Source: a virus (lineage: Duplodnaviria > Caudoviricetes). From it: a stretch of 35,502 nucleotides of DNA. Location: the IMG/VR virus record IMGVR_UViG_3300020045_007257, positions 1-35,502 of that record, one strand, 5' to 3'. The position numbers and the translations under genes were made by a program. Of the stretch, positions 17,540 to 25,880 are shown piece after piece (the first letter of the stretch is position 1; each line of letters opens with the position of its first letter). Under the pieces are notes generated by a model, which was not told the DNA's origin, made no database searches, and saw only the letters and a program-made list of their open reading frames with translations.

Positions 17540-18751
17540 TCAAGGACGGCTTTCAGCTATTCTAAAATCAGACATATTCACAACCTTGCTGTCATCTGGC
17601 CCCATTCTTATAGAATTTATGTGGGTCATAATCTTTTCCGAAGTCTCTTTCTGAAACTCCTTATCAAGTTTCGAGTAGTGGTCTGCAAGTTTGATATCCT
17701 TGTGTCCGGTCATTGCAAGAACCGCATCTAAGCCACCAAGTTTCCGGGCAAGTTTCGCCATTCCATGTCTTAGAATGTGAGTCCCTGAATAAGGGAGCAT
17801 GGCAACCTTTTGGGCCGTATTGTAATTCTTGCCAATAACTCCCGCATTTAAGGGAATGCCATTAACGTGAAAAACAAATCCACAGCCCTCGACCTGAAAA
17901 GCTTTTCTTCTCTTTAGAAGAAATATCAAGTCGTCTGTTAGGTAGACAGGTCTAGGCTCCTGGTTCTTTGGATACTCTTTAAGCTTCAAAAACTTCTTAT
18001 GACTATCCCAGACACAAGTCTCCATAATTGTCGCTCTACGATTCTCAAAATCAATTCTGTTCCACTGAAGGCCAGCGGCTTCACCAATACGTGAGGCAGT
18101 ATAAAATTGAAAGAGCGCGAGATCCATATAGAGAGGCTTTAGGCATGAGAAGAATTGCAAGGCCGCCTCAAGTGTTATAGATTTATCCTTAATAGGTTTA
18201 GCTCTGATAAATCCCAACTTGTAATGAGAGCGGTGAATCGGACTAGAAAGATTGTTTGCCTCGGCCTTGAAGTCTTTAGATTTTTTATACCAGTTAAAAA
18301 TGGTCGTAAACAAGTCTAGCTCATTGTCGAGGTTGCATCTTTTCGCTAGCCCGCGCTTGTCGCTATACTCTTCGCTTTTAAAATACTTAACCTGCTCTGT
18401 GATCCATTCGTCTATTTCGTCCGAAGTGATTTCTTCCATTCTTAGATGATCAAGCTTCGCCAGTAGCGAGTATCTTCTAAGCCATACAGCTCGTGTATTG
18501 TCTTCGAGTGTCGGGAAATGCTTCAACTGCATAGCCTCCCAGACTTCACAAAGGGTAGAAGTGGTGTGCTTTTTCGGAACCGCTGAGACTTCACCGTTAA
18601 AACTCGTTCTCCAGAGTCTTGCTTCATAGAGAGAGTCGAAGGTTTCTTTAAAGTGTTTGGCCCCGATTTGGAGCCTTGCTTGATATCTTCCGGTCGCGGT
18701 ATTTTCAAAAATACCTTTGTGCTTAGTGGGCTTATAACTAACTTGCTTCAT
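17540..18751 (-). CDS. int: Tyrosine recombinase (phage integrase)
   Basis: Catalytic R (TASRIGEAAGL), K (YPKN), HxxR (HILRH), H (MTGH) and Y (ADHY); N-terminal arm-binding-like domain (GRYQARLQIG). Start at ATG 18751 has AAGGAG upstream. Confidence 0.95.
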   Translation of the reverse strand: MKQVSYKPTKHKGIFENTATGRYQARLQIGAKHFKETFDSLYEARLWRTSFNGEVSAVPKKHTTSTLCEVWEAMQLKHFPTLEDNTRAVWLRRYSLLAKLDHLRMEEITSDEIDEWITEQVKYFKSEEYSDKRGLAKRCNLDNELDLFTTIFNWYKKSKDFKAEANNLSSPIHRSHYKLGFIRAKPIKDKSITLEAALQFFSCLKPLYMDLALFQFYTASRIGEAAGLQWNRIDFENRRATIMETCVWDSHKKFLKLKEYPKNQEPRPVYLTDDLIFLLKRRKAFQVEGCGFVFHVNGIPLNAGVIGKNYNTAQKVAMLPYSGTHILRHGMAKLARKLGGLDAVLAMTGHKDIKLADHYSKLDKEFQKETSEKIMTHINSIRMGPDDSKVVNMSDFRIAESRP

Positions 18752-18959
18752 TTTCAACACTCCTTGGCGTGTTCCATTTACGGATTTCCTGTGGAATGAA
18801 AGCGAGCCTTTTTCTCTGTTTAAAGTGAGGGATCACGCCTAGTGAGCAAAGATTATAAATAGTCTTGCGCTTAAGGTGAGTGAGTCGCATCACATCATCG
18901 ATGTACCATATTTGAATTTCAAAGAGTTTTTCTAACGGTACACTTTTGTTTTTTGCCAT
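18738..18959 (-). CDS. xis: Excisionase / HTH_17 (AlpA-like) DNA-binding protein
   Basis: IDDVMRLTHLKRKTIYNLCSLGVIPHFKQRKRLAF...IRKW; overlaps the start of int. Confidence 0.85.
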   Translation of the reverse strand: MAKNKSVPLEKLFEIQIWYIDDVMRLTHLKRKTIYNLCSLGVIPHFKQRKRLAFIPQEIRKWNTPRSVENEAS

Positions 18960-19035
18960 GACAATTCCTTTGCGCTGCGTTCGCGCGTTATATTCTATTT
19001 GAACTCATAAATTTAGAGAATCAGGGGAAAGTTAT

Positions 19036-19125
19036 TTAGTCCATAAAGTCATCCGAGGCATTTCTGCGCCAGCGATCAGCGGTATAGCAGATGACGATAA
19101 TTGCGACGAGCCAATAGAAGTTCAT
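19036..19125 (-). CDS. 29-aa membrane peptide (not in the ORF track)
   Basis: MNFYWLVAIIVICYTADRWRRNASDDFMD; ATGA overlap with the upstream stop and a GGAG RBS. Confidence 0.5.
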   Translation of the reverse strand: MNFYWLVAIIVICYTADRWRRNASDDFMD

Positions 19126-19406
19126 GGCTTCTCCAGTTGTTTCGTGCGGGACCAGATATTAAATGCGAATGATCTCAGTCTGGGGTGGATCGGAGTAAAG
19201 CCACGGCAAACGCTAAAGAAGTCTTGCCCGTATTCGCTCACAATCTCATTGTGATATTCAGACAATTGCTCAAAGCTGAAGTCTTTGCCGTAATCAAAAA
19301 AATTATAAAAATCAAGCATGCTCTGAGCTGTCTTTAAGGTGAATTGCGTATGGTCTTTCTTATTCAGAATTGCATCCGCAAGAAGTTTTCTTTTCTCGTC
19401 GTTCAT
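19122..19406 (-). CDS. Hypothetical protein
   Basis: AAGGAG RBS; coupled within the early operon. Confidence 0.55.
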   Translation of the reverse strand: MNDEKRKLLADAILNKKDHTQFTLKTAQSMLDFYNFFDYGKDFSFEQLSEYHNEIVSEYGQDFFSVCRGFTPIHPRLRSFAFNIWSRTKQLEKP

Positions 19407-19537
19407 TTCTTCTCCTTCTTCTTTAAAACCCTAACCTTGAACCCGTTCGCGTTCGTGATCCAAACCGGTCGATGCCAGTTGCGACCTTTGACTTCTTTAA
19501 TTACGACCTGTTTTATTTCGGAAACGTGAGGGGTCAT
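19403..19537 (-). CDS. 44-aa basic protein with an NANGFKV motif (not in the ORF track)
   Basis: MTPHVSEIKQVVIKEVKGRNWHRPVWITNANGFKVRVLKKKEKK; ATGA overlaps at both ends. Confidence 0.6.
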   Translation of the reverse strand: MTPHVSEIKQVVIKEVKGRNWHRPVWITNANGFKVRVLKKKEKK

Positions 19538-20028
19538 GAGCGAGCCTTTGTTGGCGCATCCAGTTTAAGCTTTTCTCTTACTTCAAGATTGTGTTCAGCA
19601 AGGTCATCCATGCTAAGACTAGGAGTAAAAGGTGCCGTTAACTCGTCAAGCTCATCTCTCAGCTCTTGAATTGCATCCCATGCTGCCTCTCTATCATCTT
19701 TCAATTGCTCAATCTCTTGGTGCAAGGGTAGGGCGGCGGATTTGAAGAAAGCCTTCTTGTCCCACCAATAAAGATCAGTAAATTCTTTGTCGCAATCGGA
19801 AAGATCAATCTCTTGAATATCCATGACCGCTTTAACAAAATCTTCCTCAATTTTCTTATCGATTTCATTAAAAGGCGCACGGCTGGAGACTTGCACTCCA
19901 TTTCCTTTAGCTTCCTCACTGACTTCTTTTAGCCCGTCAGTGCCGACCGTGCGTTGAATATTGAGTCTTCTCATCTCGCTCTTTGAGTGGAAGCCTTGTT
20001 CTTTGAAGTCTTCTTCAGGGGTGCTCAT
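19534..20028 (-). CDS. Hypothetical acidic coiled-coil protein
   Basis: Coupled ORF in the early operon. Confidence 0.55.
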   Translation of the reverse strand: MSTPEEDFKEQGFHSKSEMRRLNIQRTVGTDGLKEVSEEAKGNGVQVSSRAPFNEIDKKIEEDFVKAVMDIQEIDLSDCDKEFTDLYWWDKKAFFKSAALPLHQEIEQLKDDREAAWDAIQELRDELDELTAPFTPSLSMDDLAEHNLEVREKLKLDAPTKARS

Positions 20029-20315
20029 GATGCTCTCTTTTCTATAATAGTTTTAACCTTGAATCCATTTGCGTTTCGACCGTAGACAATACCTTTAGAG
20101 TTACAATTTCCAGCTAACTCCATACAAGGCTTGCATGCGTTTCTGTTTCCGATCTTTTTAATTGATCGAGTAGGCTTGATGACTTTATTTCCACATTCGC
20201 AAACGCATTCAAACTGAGGGCGAGAATCACCGGCCATGCCTTCGTAATTCTCAGCTCTTTTTACAATCGTAAGTTTTCCAAAGGTTTTGCCTGTTAGGTC
20301 TTCAAATTTCGTCAT
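20025..20315 (-). CDS. Cys-containing domain of the type found N-terminal to phage HNH/AP2 proteins
   Basis: DLTGKTFGKLTIV...FECVCECGN...CKPC. Confidence 0.65.
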   Translation of the reverse strand: MTKFEDLTGKTFGKLTIVKRAENYEGMAGDSRPQFECVCECGNKVIKPTRSIKKIGNRNACKPCMELAGNCNSKGIVYGRNANGFKVKTIIEKRAS

Positions 20316-20338
20316 AGCTAAATCCTGATAATATTGTC

Positions 20339-20737
20339 TTATTGTGCGTCGGTATTAACCATGAGTTTGTGCTCGGGTGAGATTTTATGGCCAAACAACT
20401 CAAGGCATTCCTGTAAAGCTTTGGCATACCCCTTATCGTAATCATTGATAGGCTTCGGGCAGTAGTGGGCGTGATACTTTTGCATCCTGACTAATTCATC
20501 AAGAGCCCCAACCCAGCCACGACTTGACCCACCAGTAGAGGCCCTAATTTTAAATCCATTAATGTTTGTTTCCATGTTATTCCCTTGCGCTCCCTTGGGT
20601 GAGCAATCTTTACAGCTTGGTTGATACTTCATTCTTTCTTTTCTAATAGGGAACTCTCTTCCACATGAGCACCTGGCAATAACCATCTTTTTACCGCCTG
20701 ACTTCTCAGCATGATCCATGACATATTCAAGGCTCAT
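20339..20737 (-). CDS. Putative zinc-binding hypothetical protein
   Basis: ARCSCGREF...SCKDC; AAAGGTGG RBS. Confidence 0.55.
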   Translation of the reverse strand: MSLEYVMDHAEKSGGKKMVIARCSCGREFPIRKERMKYQPSCKDCSPKGAQGNNMETNINGFKIRASTGGSSRGWVGALDELVRMQKYHAHYCPKPINDYDKGYAKALQECLELFGHKISPEHKLMVNTDAQ

Positions 20738-20750
20738 TTCGCCACCTTTC

Positions 20751-21215
20751 TTAATGAAATACCTGATCTTTTCTAGGTCTTCCTGGTTTTCTTAATTCCA
20801 GGTTATGAACGGAGTGGAGGATGTTTTCACTCTTCGTAACCCATTGGAGATTTTCAACTTTATTATTACTTTTATCGCCATCAATATGATTAACGTCTGG
20901 TTTTGATTCTGGATTATCAATAAAGGCAAGAGCCACAAGTCTGTGAATACCAATGATCCCACGTTTTCCGTTAGGTCTTGTAATATGAACTCTGTGATAT
21001 CCAAGCGAACAGACGTTATGAGTAAACTCAAATTCGTAGTTTTCTTTTCTTTTAAACACTCGCCCATCACGGGTAACAAAGACTTTGAATTCCTTGTTAT
21101 ATCTTTCAGTCCCGTAGTCATTTTTAGTGATGGCAGACTTACCTTGGATAAACTCTAGGCCAATTCTTGCAAGCTCATATTTTACGACTTCTTCGCTATC
21201 TAGTAGAAATAACAT
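20751..21215 (-). CDS. HNH homing endonuclease (HNH_3 type)
   Basis: IHRLVALAFIDNPESKPDVNHIDGDKSNNKVENLQWVTKSENILHS. Confidence 0.92.
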   Translation of the reverse strand: MLFLLDSEEVVKYELARIGLEFIQGKSAITKNDYGTERYNKEFKVFVTRDGRVFKRKENYEFEFTHNVCSLGYHRVHITRPNGKRGIIGIHRLVALAFIDNPESKPDVNHIDGDKSNNKVENLQWVTKSENILHSVHNLELRKPGRPRKDQVFH

Positions 21216-21254
21216 ATTTACCCCTTAAGGATTTCTGCAAGGAAAGTTTCACTA

Positions 21255-21461
21255 TCATTCAGTTATTACTTCACAAGCTTCTGGATGGTGACAGCCGCCA
21301 CCTTCTTTAAACCAAATCATTGTCTCGCCACCTTTCCCGAGTTGGGCAATGTCTTCGACGGTTCTGACTTTTGGTTCGCCAGTTTTTCTCTTGATAAGTG
21401 CCCAGCGATTAACTTTGTCGCCGATTTTAATATCAACACCGTTCATATCTTTAGCTTTCAT
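21255..21461 (-). CDS. Hypothetical protein (YopX-like KD.NG..I..GD start)
   Basis: KDMNGVDIKIGDKV motif; GAGG RBS. Confidence 0.5.
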   Translation of the reverse strand: MKAKDMNGVDIKIGDKVNRWALIKRKTGEPKVRTVEDIAQLGKGGETMIWFKEGGGCHHPEACEVITE

Positions 21462-21472
21462 CCTCGCCTCGC

Positions 21473-21649
21473 TTATTTAATTTTCTTAGTTTTATAAACA
21501 TGACCACACTCGCAAGCATAGACCAGAGTTCTCTTTGTGATCACGTTGTTGCCTTGGTTGTCTCTGTGCCATTCATCTTTGGTCATCATTTCAAATTGAT
21601 GATCAGTAGGATGTCTTAGCTTATCCAAGAAGTGCATTAATCCTTTCAT
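21473..21649 (-). CDS. 58-aa hypothetical protein (not in the ORF track)
   Basis: MKGLMHFLDKLRHP...YACECGHVYKTKKIK; ATGA overlap with the upstream gene. Confidence 0.55.
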   Translation of the reverse strand: MKGLMHFLDKLRHPTDHQFEMMTKDEWHRDNQGNNVITKRTLVYACECGHVYKTKKIK

Positions 21650-22086
21650 ACACCCTCGCTTATCTTTTTAAGTGCCTCGTCAATCCCTTTGATTGCTCCG
21701 GGATGATCGTCTTCGTTAAACCATGATCGAGCATCAATGAGTGCATACTTCGCAGTCTTTAGCTTCGTTTTAGCGTCTGACATTTCGTCACAAAGCTCCC
21801 AGCCCGAGAAGCTATAAGAGTGATCATATCCAGAAATATTTACCCCAGTGAAAGATTGGAGATGATTAAGCTTTCTGTCCGCTTCCGCTAGTTTCGATTC
21901 TAATTGAACCGCCCTTGCGAGCACTCTATTAAAGCCATTAACAGTATTTAGAATTGCAGTACCAAAATCACCGATAGTAAGGTTGTATCCCTCGTGCCTT
22001 TTGATAGGAGCATGAATGGTTGTGTACCCATCATCCTCAAGATTTTCTTGGCCACTCTTTATATCTGCCTGGTTTTCCATAATCAT
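21646..22086 (-). CDS. Hypothetical coiled-coil protein
   Basis: ORF in the early operon with an AAAGGA RBS. Confidence 0.55.
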   Translation of the reverse strand: MIMENQADIKSGQENLEDDGYTTIHAPIKRHEGYNLTIGDFGTAILNTVNGFNRVLARAVQLESKLAEADRKLNHLQSFTGVNISGYDHSYSFSGWELCDEMSDAKTKLKTAKYALIDARSWFNEDDHPGAIKGIDEALKKISEGV

Positions 22087-22095
22087 CCTTTCAAG

Positions 22096-22143
22096 GTAAC
22101 GTTTATTACCGTTATAAAATTCTAAACAATCCCGTAACGTTTA
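22096..22143. repeat. 10-bp direct repeat GTAACGTTTA bracketing an intergenic spacer
   Basis: Copies at 22096-22105 and 22134-22143. Confidence 0.7.
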
Positions 22144-22392
22144 CTATTGCTTCTTAGCTCTAGGTAGCCCGATCATCTTTAGGAACTTAGAAATTAAATC
22201 GGTGTTACCCTTTCTTGTTATTCCATCCCACCCACAAGCTCCGCAAAGATCAAAACTAGTGAAAAATCCATAGCCAGAGATTGTTTTAACTTCAACCCTT
22301 GTCCACGAGTGAGGGACTTCGCCTCTATAGCCAACATCCTCGGTCTTTCCGCACAGGTCACAAGTAAAGAAGTGGTTTATTTTATTGCTCAT
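22144..22392 (-). CDS. CxxC...CxxC zinc-ribbon hypothetical protein
   Basis: TCDLCG...W...DLCGAC. Confidence 0.6.
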   Translation of the reverse strand: MSNKINHFFTCDLCGKTEDVGYRGEVPHSWTRVEVKTISGYGFFTSFDLCGACGWDGITRKGNTDLISKFLKMIGLPRAKKQ

Positions 22393-22619
22393 TACTTCGC
22401 CTTAATCTTTTCGAGTGCTTCGCGAGCGTACTTTCCAGCTTCCTGTTCTGACGTTGACTTATTGACTCCTGCCCACCACAATCCGTCCGGGTTTGTGTCG
22501 TCGTAAATCTCCAATGCCTCAACCGCAATTCTTAGCTTCTCTTCGAGGTCGCCAATCATTACAAGCGCCTTACCAAAAGGAGATAGCTCGTTTTGAATAT
22601 CTAGGTTTTCAGTATCCAT
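22392..22619 (-). CDS. Hypothetical protein
   Basis: KLRIAVEALE.Y...AREALEKI pattern common in small phage early proteins. Confidence 0.55.
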   Translation of the reverse strand: MDTENLDIQNELSPFGKALVMIGDLEEKLRIAVEALEIYDDTNPDGLWWAGVNKSTSEQEAGKYAREALEKIKAK

Positions 22620-22642
22620 AATTCCCTCTCATCACTTAGCGG

Positions 22643-22873
22643 TTAATAAAATTTGTGATCATCCCAAGATTCGCCGAAAACGCTAAATCCTTCGCCATCA
22701 TCTTTCGAAGTAGCCTTACGCTGAGATTCTTTGAACCTGGAATAGTTGCCAGTCTTCTTATTGGTCGATGAGGCTGCACAAGATTTAGAGCAGTTTTTAG
22801 CCCAGCCACGTTTAACGTCAGCTTCTCTGGCCTTAAATTTCTTCTTACAGCATATGCAAGTCTGCTCAATCAT
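22643..22873 (-). CDS. Small zinc-finger protein
   Basis: CICCKKKF...KRGWAKNCSKSCAA. Confidence 0.65.
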   Translation of the reverse strand: MIEQTCICCKKKFKAREADVKRGWAKNCSKSCAASSTNKKTGNYSRFKESQRKATSKDDGEGFSVFGESWDDHKFY

Positions 22874-22900
22874 ATTGTCCTCATCGCACGTTAATTTATC

Positions 22901-23131
22901 TTAACGAGACTTTCTTGCTTCTCTAAATTTACTCAGCACACTTGTTGGAGCCTTGTTTTCAATTAACCAACCGCCAAAAGCGTCTAGTGATTCTTCTATC
23001 TCAAGCATTCTCTCGGTGAAGTCTGTCATCATGTGATCTCTTGCCATCTCAGTAGAATAGCCATCGAAAAACGGGCTAGTGCTAATTCCGTTCTGGGTGT
23101 ACCAACCTTGCAGTTTTTTCCAGATATCCAT
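22901..23131 (-). CDS. Hypothetical protein
   Basis: Probable start at MDIWKK with an AAGGA RBS. Confidence 0.5.
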   Translation of the reverse strand: MDIWKKLQGWYTQNGISTSPFFDGYSTEMARDHMMTDFTERMLEIEESLDAFGGWLIENKAPTSVLSKFREARKSR

Positions 23132-23133
23132 AA

Positions 23134-23379
23134 CTATTCCTTTGGTGAACAAAGAGGTTCACGTAATTCAAGCTCAGAAACTCCCGTAGAGTAGTCTCTT
23201 TGGCTCTGATTGATTCTCATTGCACAAGGCGGGCAATACCAAGCATTCATGACTCTATTAAACCAAGTCGCACCTGGTTCTTGGCAGTTTTGACGATTAC
23301 AAGCACCGTCTTCTTTGCCCTTGTCAGGCATTTTGCAATTACAGACTGCTAAGTAATCTTTATGAGTTGGGCAATTCAT
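23134..23379 (-). CDS. Cys-rich hypothetical protein
   Basis: KG..DGACNRQNCQ.PGATWFN.....WYCPPCA..IN. Confidence 0.6.
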   Translation of the reverse strand: MNCPTHKDYLAVCNCKMPDKGKEDGACNRQNCQEPGATWFNRVMNAWYCPPCAMRINQSQRDYSTGVSELELREPLCSPKE

Positions 23380-23407
23380 CTATGGTTCCTATTCACGGTA
23401 AGGTTAT

Positions 23408-23845
23408 TTATTTGGCTTGAATCTTTTTAATGATTGCACCCTCAAGTATGCCGAGGCAGTCATCTTGCAGTCTGGATTCATAGTCAAAATTCTCAATTAC
23501 AGATATCGTCTTATCAGTAATTCTTTCCTTGTTTTCACGAACTGCTTTTTCAATTTCAAGATAGGCGATAGACGGCTTGTCTCTCCAATGAGTCTCCGAC
23601 CTGAAAACATCAGAGCTGCTCATTTTGTCGATAATGGTCACGGTCTTTGCCTGGATAAGAGCCTTCTGACTTTCAGTGATTACGCCGTCCATAATCTGAT
23701 ATGCACAATAGTAGGCGGCGTTAGTTAGTAGTCTCTCAGCCTCTTCGGAAATCTTTTTGCGCAAAACCTCAATCATGATATCTTTTGCATGACCCTCAAT
23801 TTCTTCTTTAGACATTAAGTCGGTAACTTCAAATTCTAGTTTCAC
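23408..23845 (-). CDS. Hypothetical protein
   Basis: AAGGAG RBS with a GTG start. Confidence 0.55.
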   Translation of the reverse strand: MKLEFEVTDLMSKEEIEGHAKDIMIEVLRKKISEEAERLLTNAAYYCAYQIMDGVITESQKALIQAKTVTIIDKMSSSDVFRSETHWRDKPSIAYLEIEKAVRENKERITDKTISVIENFDYESRLQDDCLGILEGAIIKKIQAK

Positions 23846-24126
23846 GCTATCTCCTTATCCATTCTTAAACTTAACAATTTCTTATTTGCTCTCAATCTTC
23901 TTTGGTACTCGTTCTTGTTAATCATGCATCGACCTTTTTTGTTTCTCTTATACGGTCGAGTCTTTAACCCGTGTTGCTTGAAATATATCCAGACCCATTG
24001 TCGAGATAATCCAAATCGAGAACCTGTTTCAGAGAAGCTTAACCCTGTCATGTAAACAACATGCATCTCCTGTATCTTTGCAAGGGTCGGTCTTTTTGTT
24101 TCTGTCTTCTTTTGAAAGTTGAACAC
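23842..24126 (-). CDS. Basic helix-turn-helix DNA-binding protein
   Basis: YMTGLSFSETGSRFGLSRQWVWIYFKQHG HTH pattern. Confidence 0.6.
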   Translation of the reverse strand: MFNFQKKTETKRPTLAKIQEMHVVYMTGLSFSETGSRFGLSRQWVWIYFKQHGLKTRPYKRNKKGRCMINKNEYQRRLRANKKLLSLRMDKEIA

Positions 24127-24188
24127 CGTTTGCCCCTCTGAAAAACGCCATCGCTAAAATCATTGCGATGACTTGGATTAATAGGATT

Positions 24189-24623
24189 TTACAGATCACC
24201 GTAAATCTCGCGAACGTATTGCTCAAAGATAGCGCCGACTTTGTAAGGAACAGAATCTAGATTTTTGCCAGTCGCATAGTTTCCACTGTGAATAAAGCCG
24301 AGTAGGTGAAGCGGCTCATGCATGAAATTGTTTACGCGATCGTAAAGAGGTAGATCGAACTTGCGTGAGTTGCAATAGATTGTGTTACCAGAAGCATAGC
24401 CGATTACTTTGCTCCATGGATTGAACGTCTTGTATTGCTTGATTCTCATGGTTATTGTGCTATTCAAGATAGCAACCGCCACGCCCGGACCATTGGCTTT
24501 AGAAAACTCAAAACTATTGATTGCGCAAATCCGAGCCAAAAAAATGTCATCTTTATAGTGCTTGGTCACCAAGTCCGCCGCTTTGATAATTGTCGCGTTC
24601 TCAATTTCATTTCTAAATTTCAT
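24189..24623 (-). CDS. Putative zincin-like metallopeptidase (HExxH)
   Basis: NNFMHEPLHLLGFIH...SVPY.VG. Confidence 0.65.
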   Translation of the reverse strand: MKFRNEIENATIIKAADLVTKHYKDDIFLARICAINSFEFSKANGPGVAVAILNSTITMRIKQYKTFNPWSKVIGYASGNTIYCNSRKFDLPLYDRVNNFMHEPLHLLGFIHSGNYATGKNLDSVPYKVGAIFEQYVREIYGDL

Positions 24624-24762
24624 GTAGTTCCTTTAAAAAATTACTGGAAGTGCGAAACCAGCAATAGTAAACACTTCGACCCCAAAATTGTTATTTACAC
24701 TTTTTTTACTTTAAAATATTTGGGAGACCGGCAACTCCCGTGCTCATAATTTTTAAAACTGG

Positions 24763-24999
24763 TTAACCGGTTTTTCCTAGCTTTAAGTAAACTTTCTTTT
24801 GTCGATTCTTGTTCTCTGGGCAAGCTTCAAATCTCTTCGATAGCTTGTGCTCAGTGATCTGAATCCTTTCTTTCGTCTCAGGATCTTCAACAACGTAATT
24901 CAACCTATCAACCATTCGTGCTCTCCAAGGAATTACATTTCCTTTTTGTAGCTCTTCAGTCTCGAAGTAGATGAGATTCAGTTCCGGTTTCTTTATCAA
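24763..24999 (-). CDS. Hypothetical protein
   Basis: GAGG RBS; TTG start. Confidence 0.45.
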   Translation of the reverse strand: MIKKPELNLIYFETEELQKGNVIPWRARMVDRLNYVVEDPETKERIQITEHKLSKRFEACPENKNRQKKVYLKLGKTG

Positions 25000-25026
25000 A
25001 GCAACCTCGCATATTTTTATATATGC

Positions 25027-25290
25027 TTAGGCCAACTTCTTTTCTTGTGTCTGTATAGTAAAAATCTTCTTACATTTTCTAAAAGATGTTCCGCCTCGCT
25101 TCGACTTGTTTTTTTTATCAGCGTTGTAAATTTTAAACAGAGAATAGTTCGTGATTGGTACAACTATTCCAGAAGAAGGGCAGATGTATTTATAGTTACT
25201 ATCCATAAGTCTTCTCGCGTGAATAACCACATCAGGAAGCTCCTTGTGTTTAAAAACTAAGTTGTAATCTTTTCCATCTGGGCCAATCAT
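25027..25290 (-). CDS. Hypothetical basic protein
   Basis: ATGA overlap with the upstream gene; GAGGTG RBS. Confidence 0.5.
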   Translation of the reverse strand: MIGPDGKDYNLVFKHKELPDVVIHARRLMDSNYKYICPSSGIVVPITNYSLFKIYNADKKNKSKRGGTSFRKCKKIFTIQTQEKKLA

Positions 25291-25880
25291 GAATTCACCT
25301 CTGGTAAAAAATTCGAATAATCCATCGTTTGCATTTCTGGTTTAGGGAACTCTAGAACCCTTCCTGGGACATCTATCCCGATTGATTCAAGTCTTTGGTT
25401 TACTGCTCTGTTTTTCTTTTGAGCAAGCAGGCCCTTGATGTATCTTTCAAGCTGCGCCTTTGCCGTTTCTGGATTCTCAGAATTTCTATAAACTCGTGAG
25501 TCGCCAATGAGTTCAAAAACGGCTCTTGCTTCAGTTGTTAGCGTTGAAAGATATTTTTCTTCAAGGTCGTAATGGTGAAGTCGAAAAAACTCTAAGAGCT
25601 CGTTAGCGATCACCGGAGCGGAGTCGGCCACAGATTCCTCTTTAGGAATTAGCTGCCCTTCGATCTCGTAAGCACTCGGCATAAACGTTGGGCTCTTTTT
25701 CATAAGCTCACCAAGTGCAAATCCGATCTGTGAAACTTTGTACCCTTTTTCAATGGCCAGATATGAAGCCCAGTCTGAAAGCGTTGCTTCGTTTTCGCGC
25801 TGAGTTTTATTTAAGCGGTTGTTAAACTTTTGCAGCATCGCAGTAGCCGCTTTTAAAATCGCTTGATCTAGATTGTTCAT
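25287..25880 (-). CDS. Putative helicase loader/inhibitor (lambda P/G39P-like position)
   Basis: Directly downstream of the initiator; W...L......I..AL..L.....FMPS..EI pattern. Confidence 0.55.
   Translation of the reverse strand: MNNLDQAILKAATAMLQKFNNRLNKTQRENEATLSDWASYLAIEKGYKVSQIGFALGELMKKSPTFMPSAYEIEGQLIPKEESVADSAPVIANELLEFFRLHHYDLEEKYLSTLTTEARAVFELIGDSRVYRNSENPETAKAQLERYIKGLLAQKKNRAVNQRLESIGIDVPGRVLEFPKPEMQTMDYSNFLPEVNS

Noticed and set aside
17275-17540. tRNA/tmRNA 3' end or dif site as the att core
   Set aside because: No T-arm/CCA motif or convincing XerC/XerD arms were seen; the fpg-like start explains the region better.
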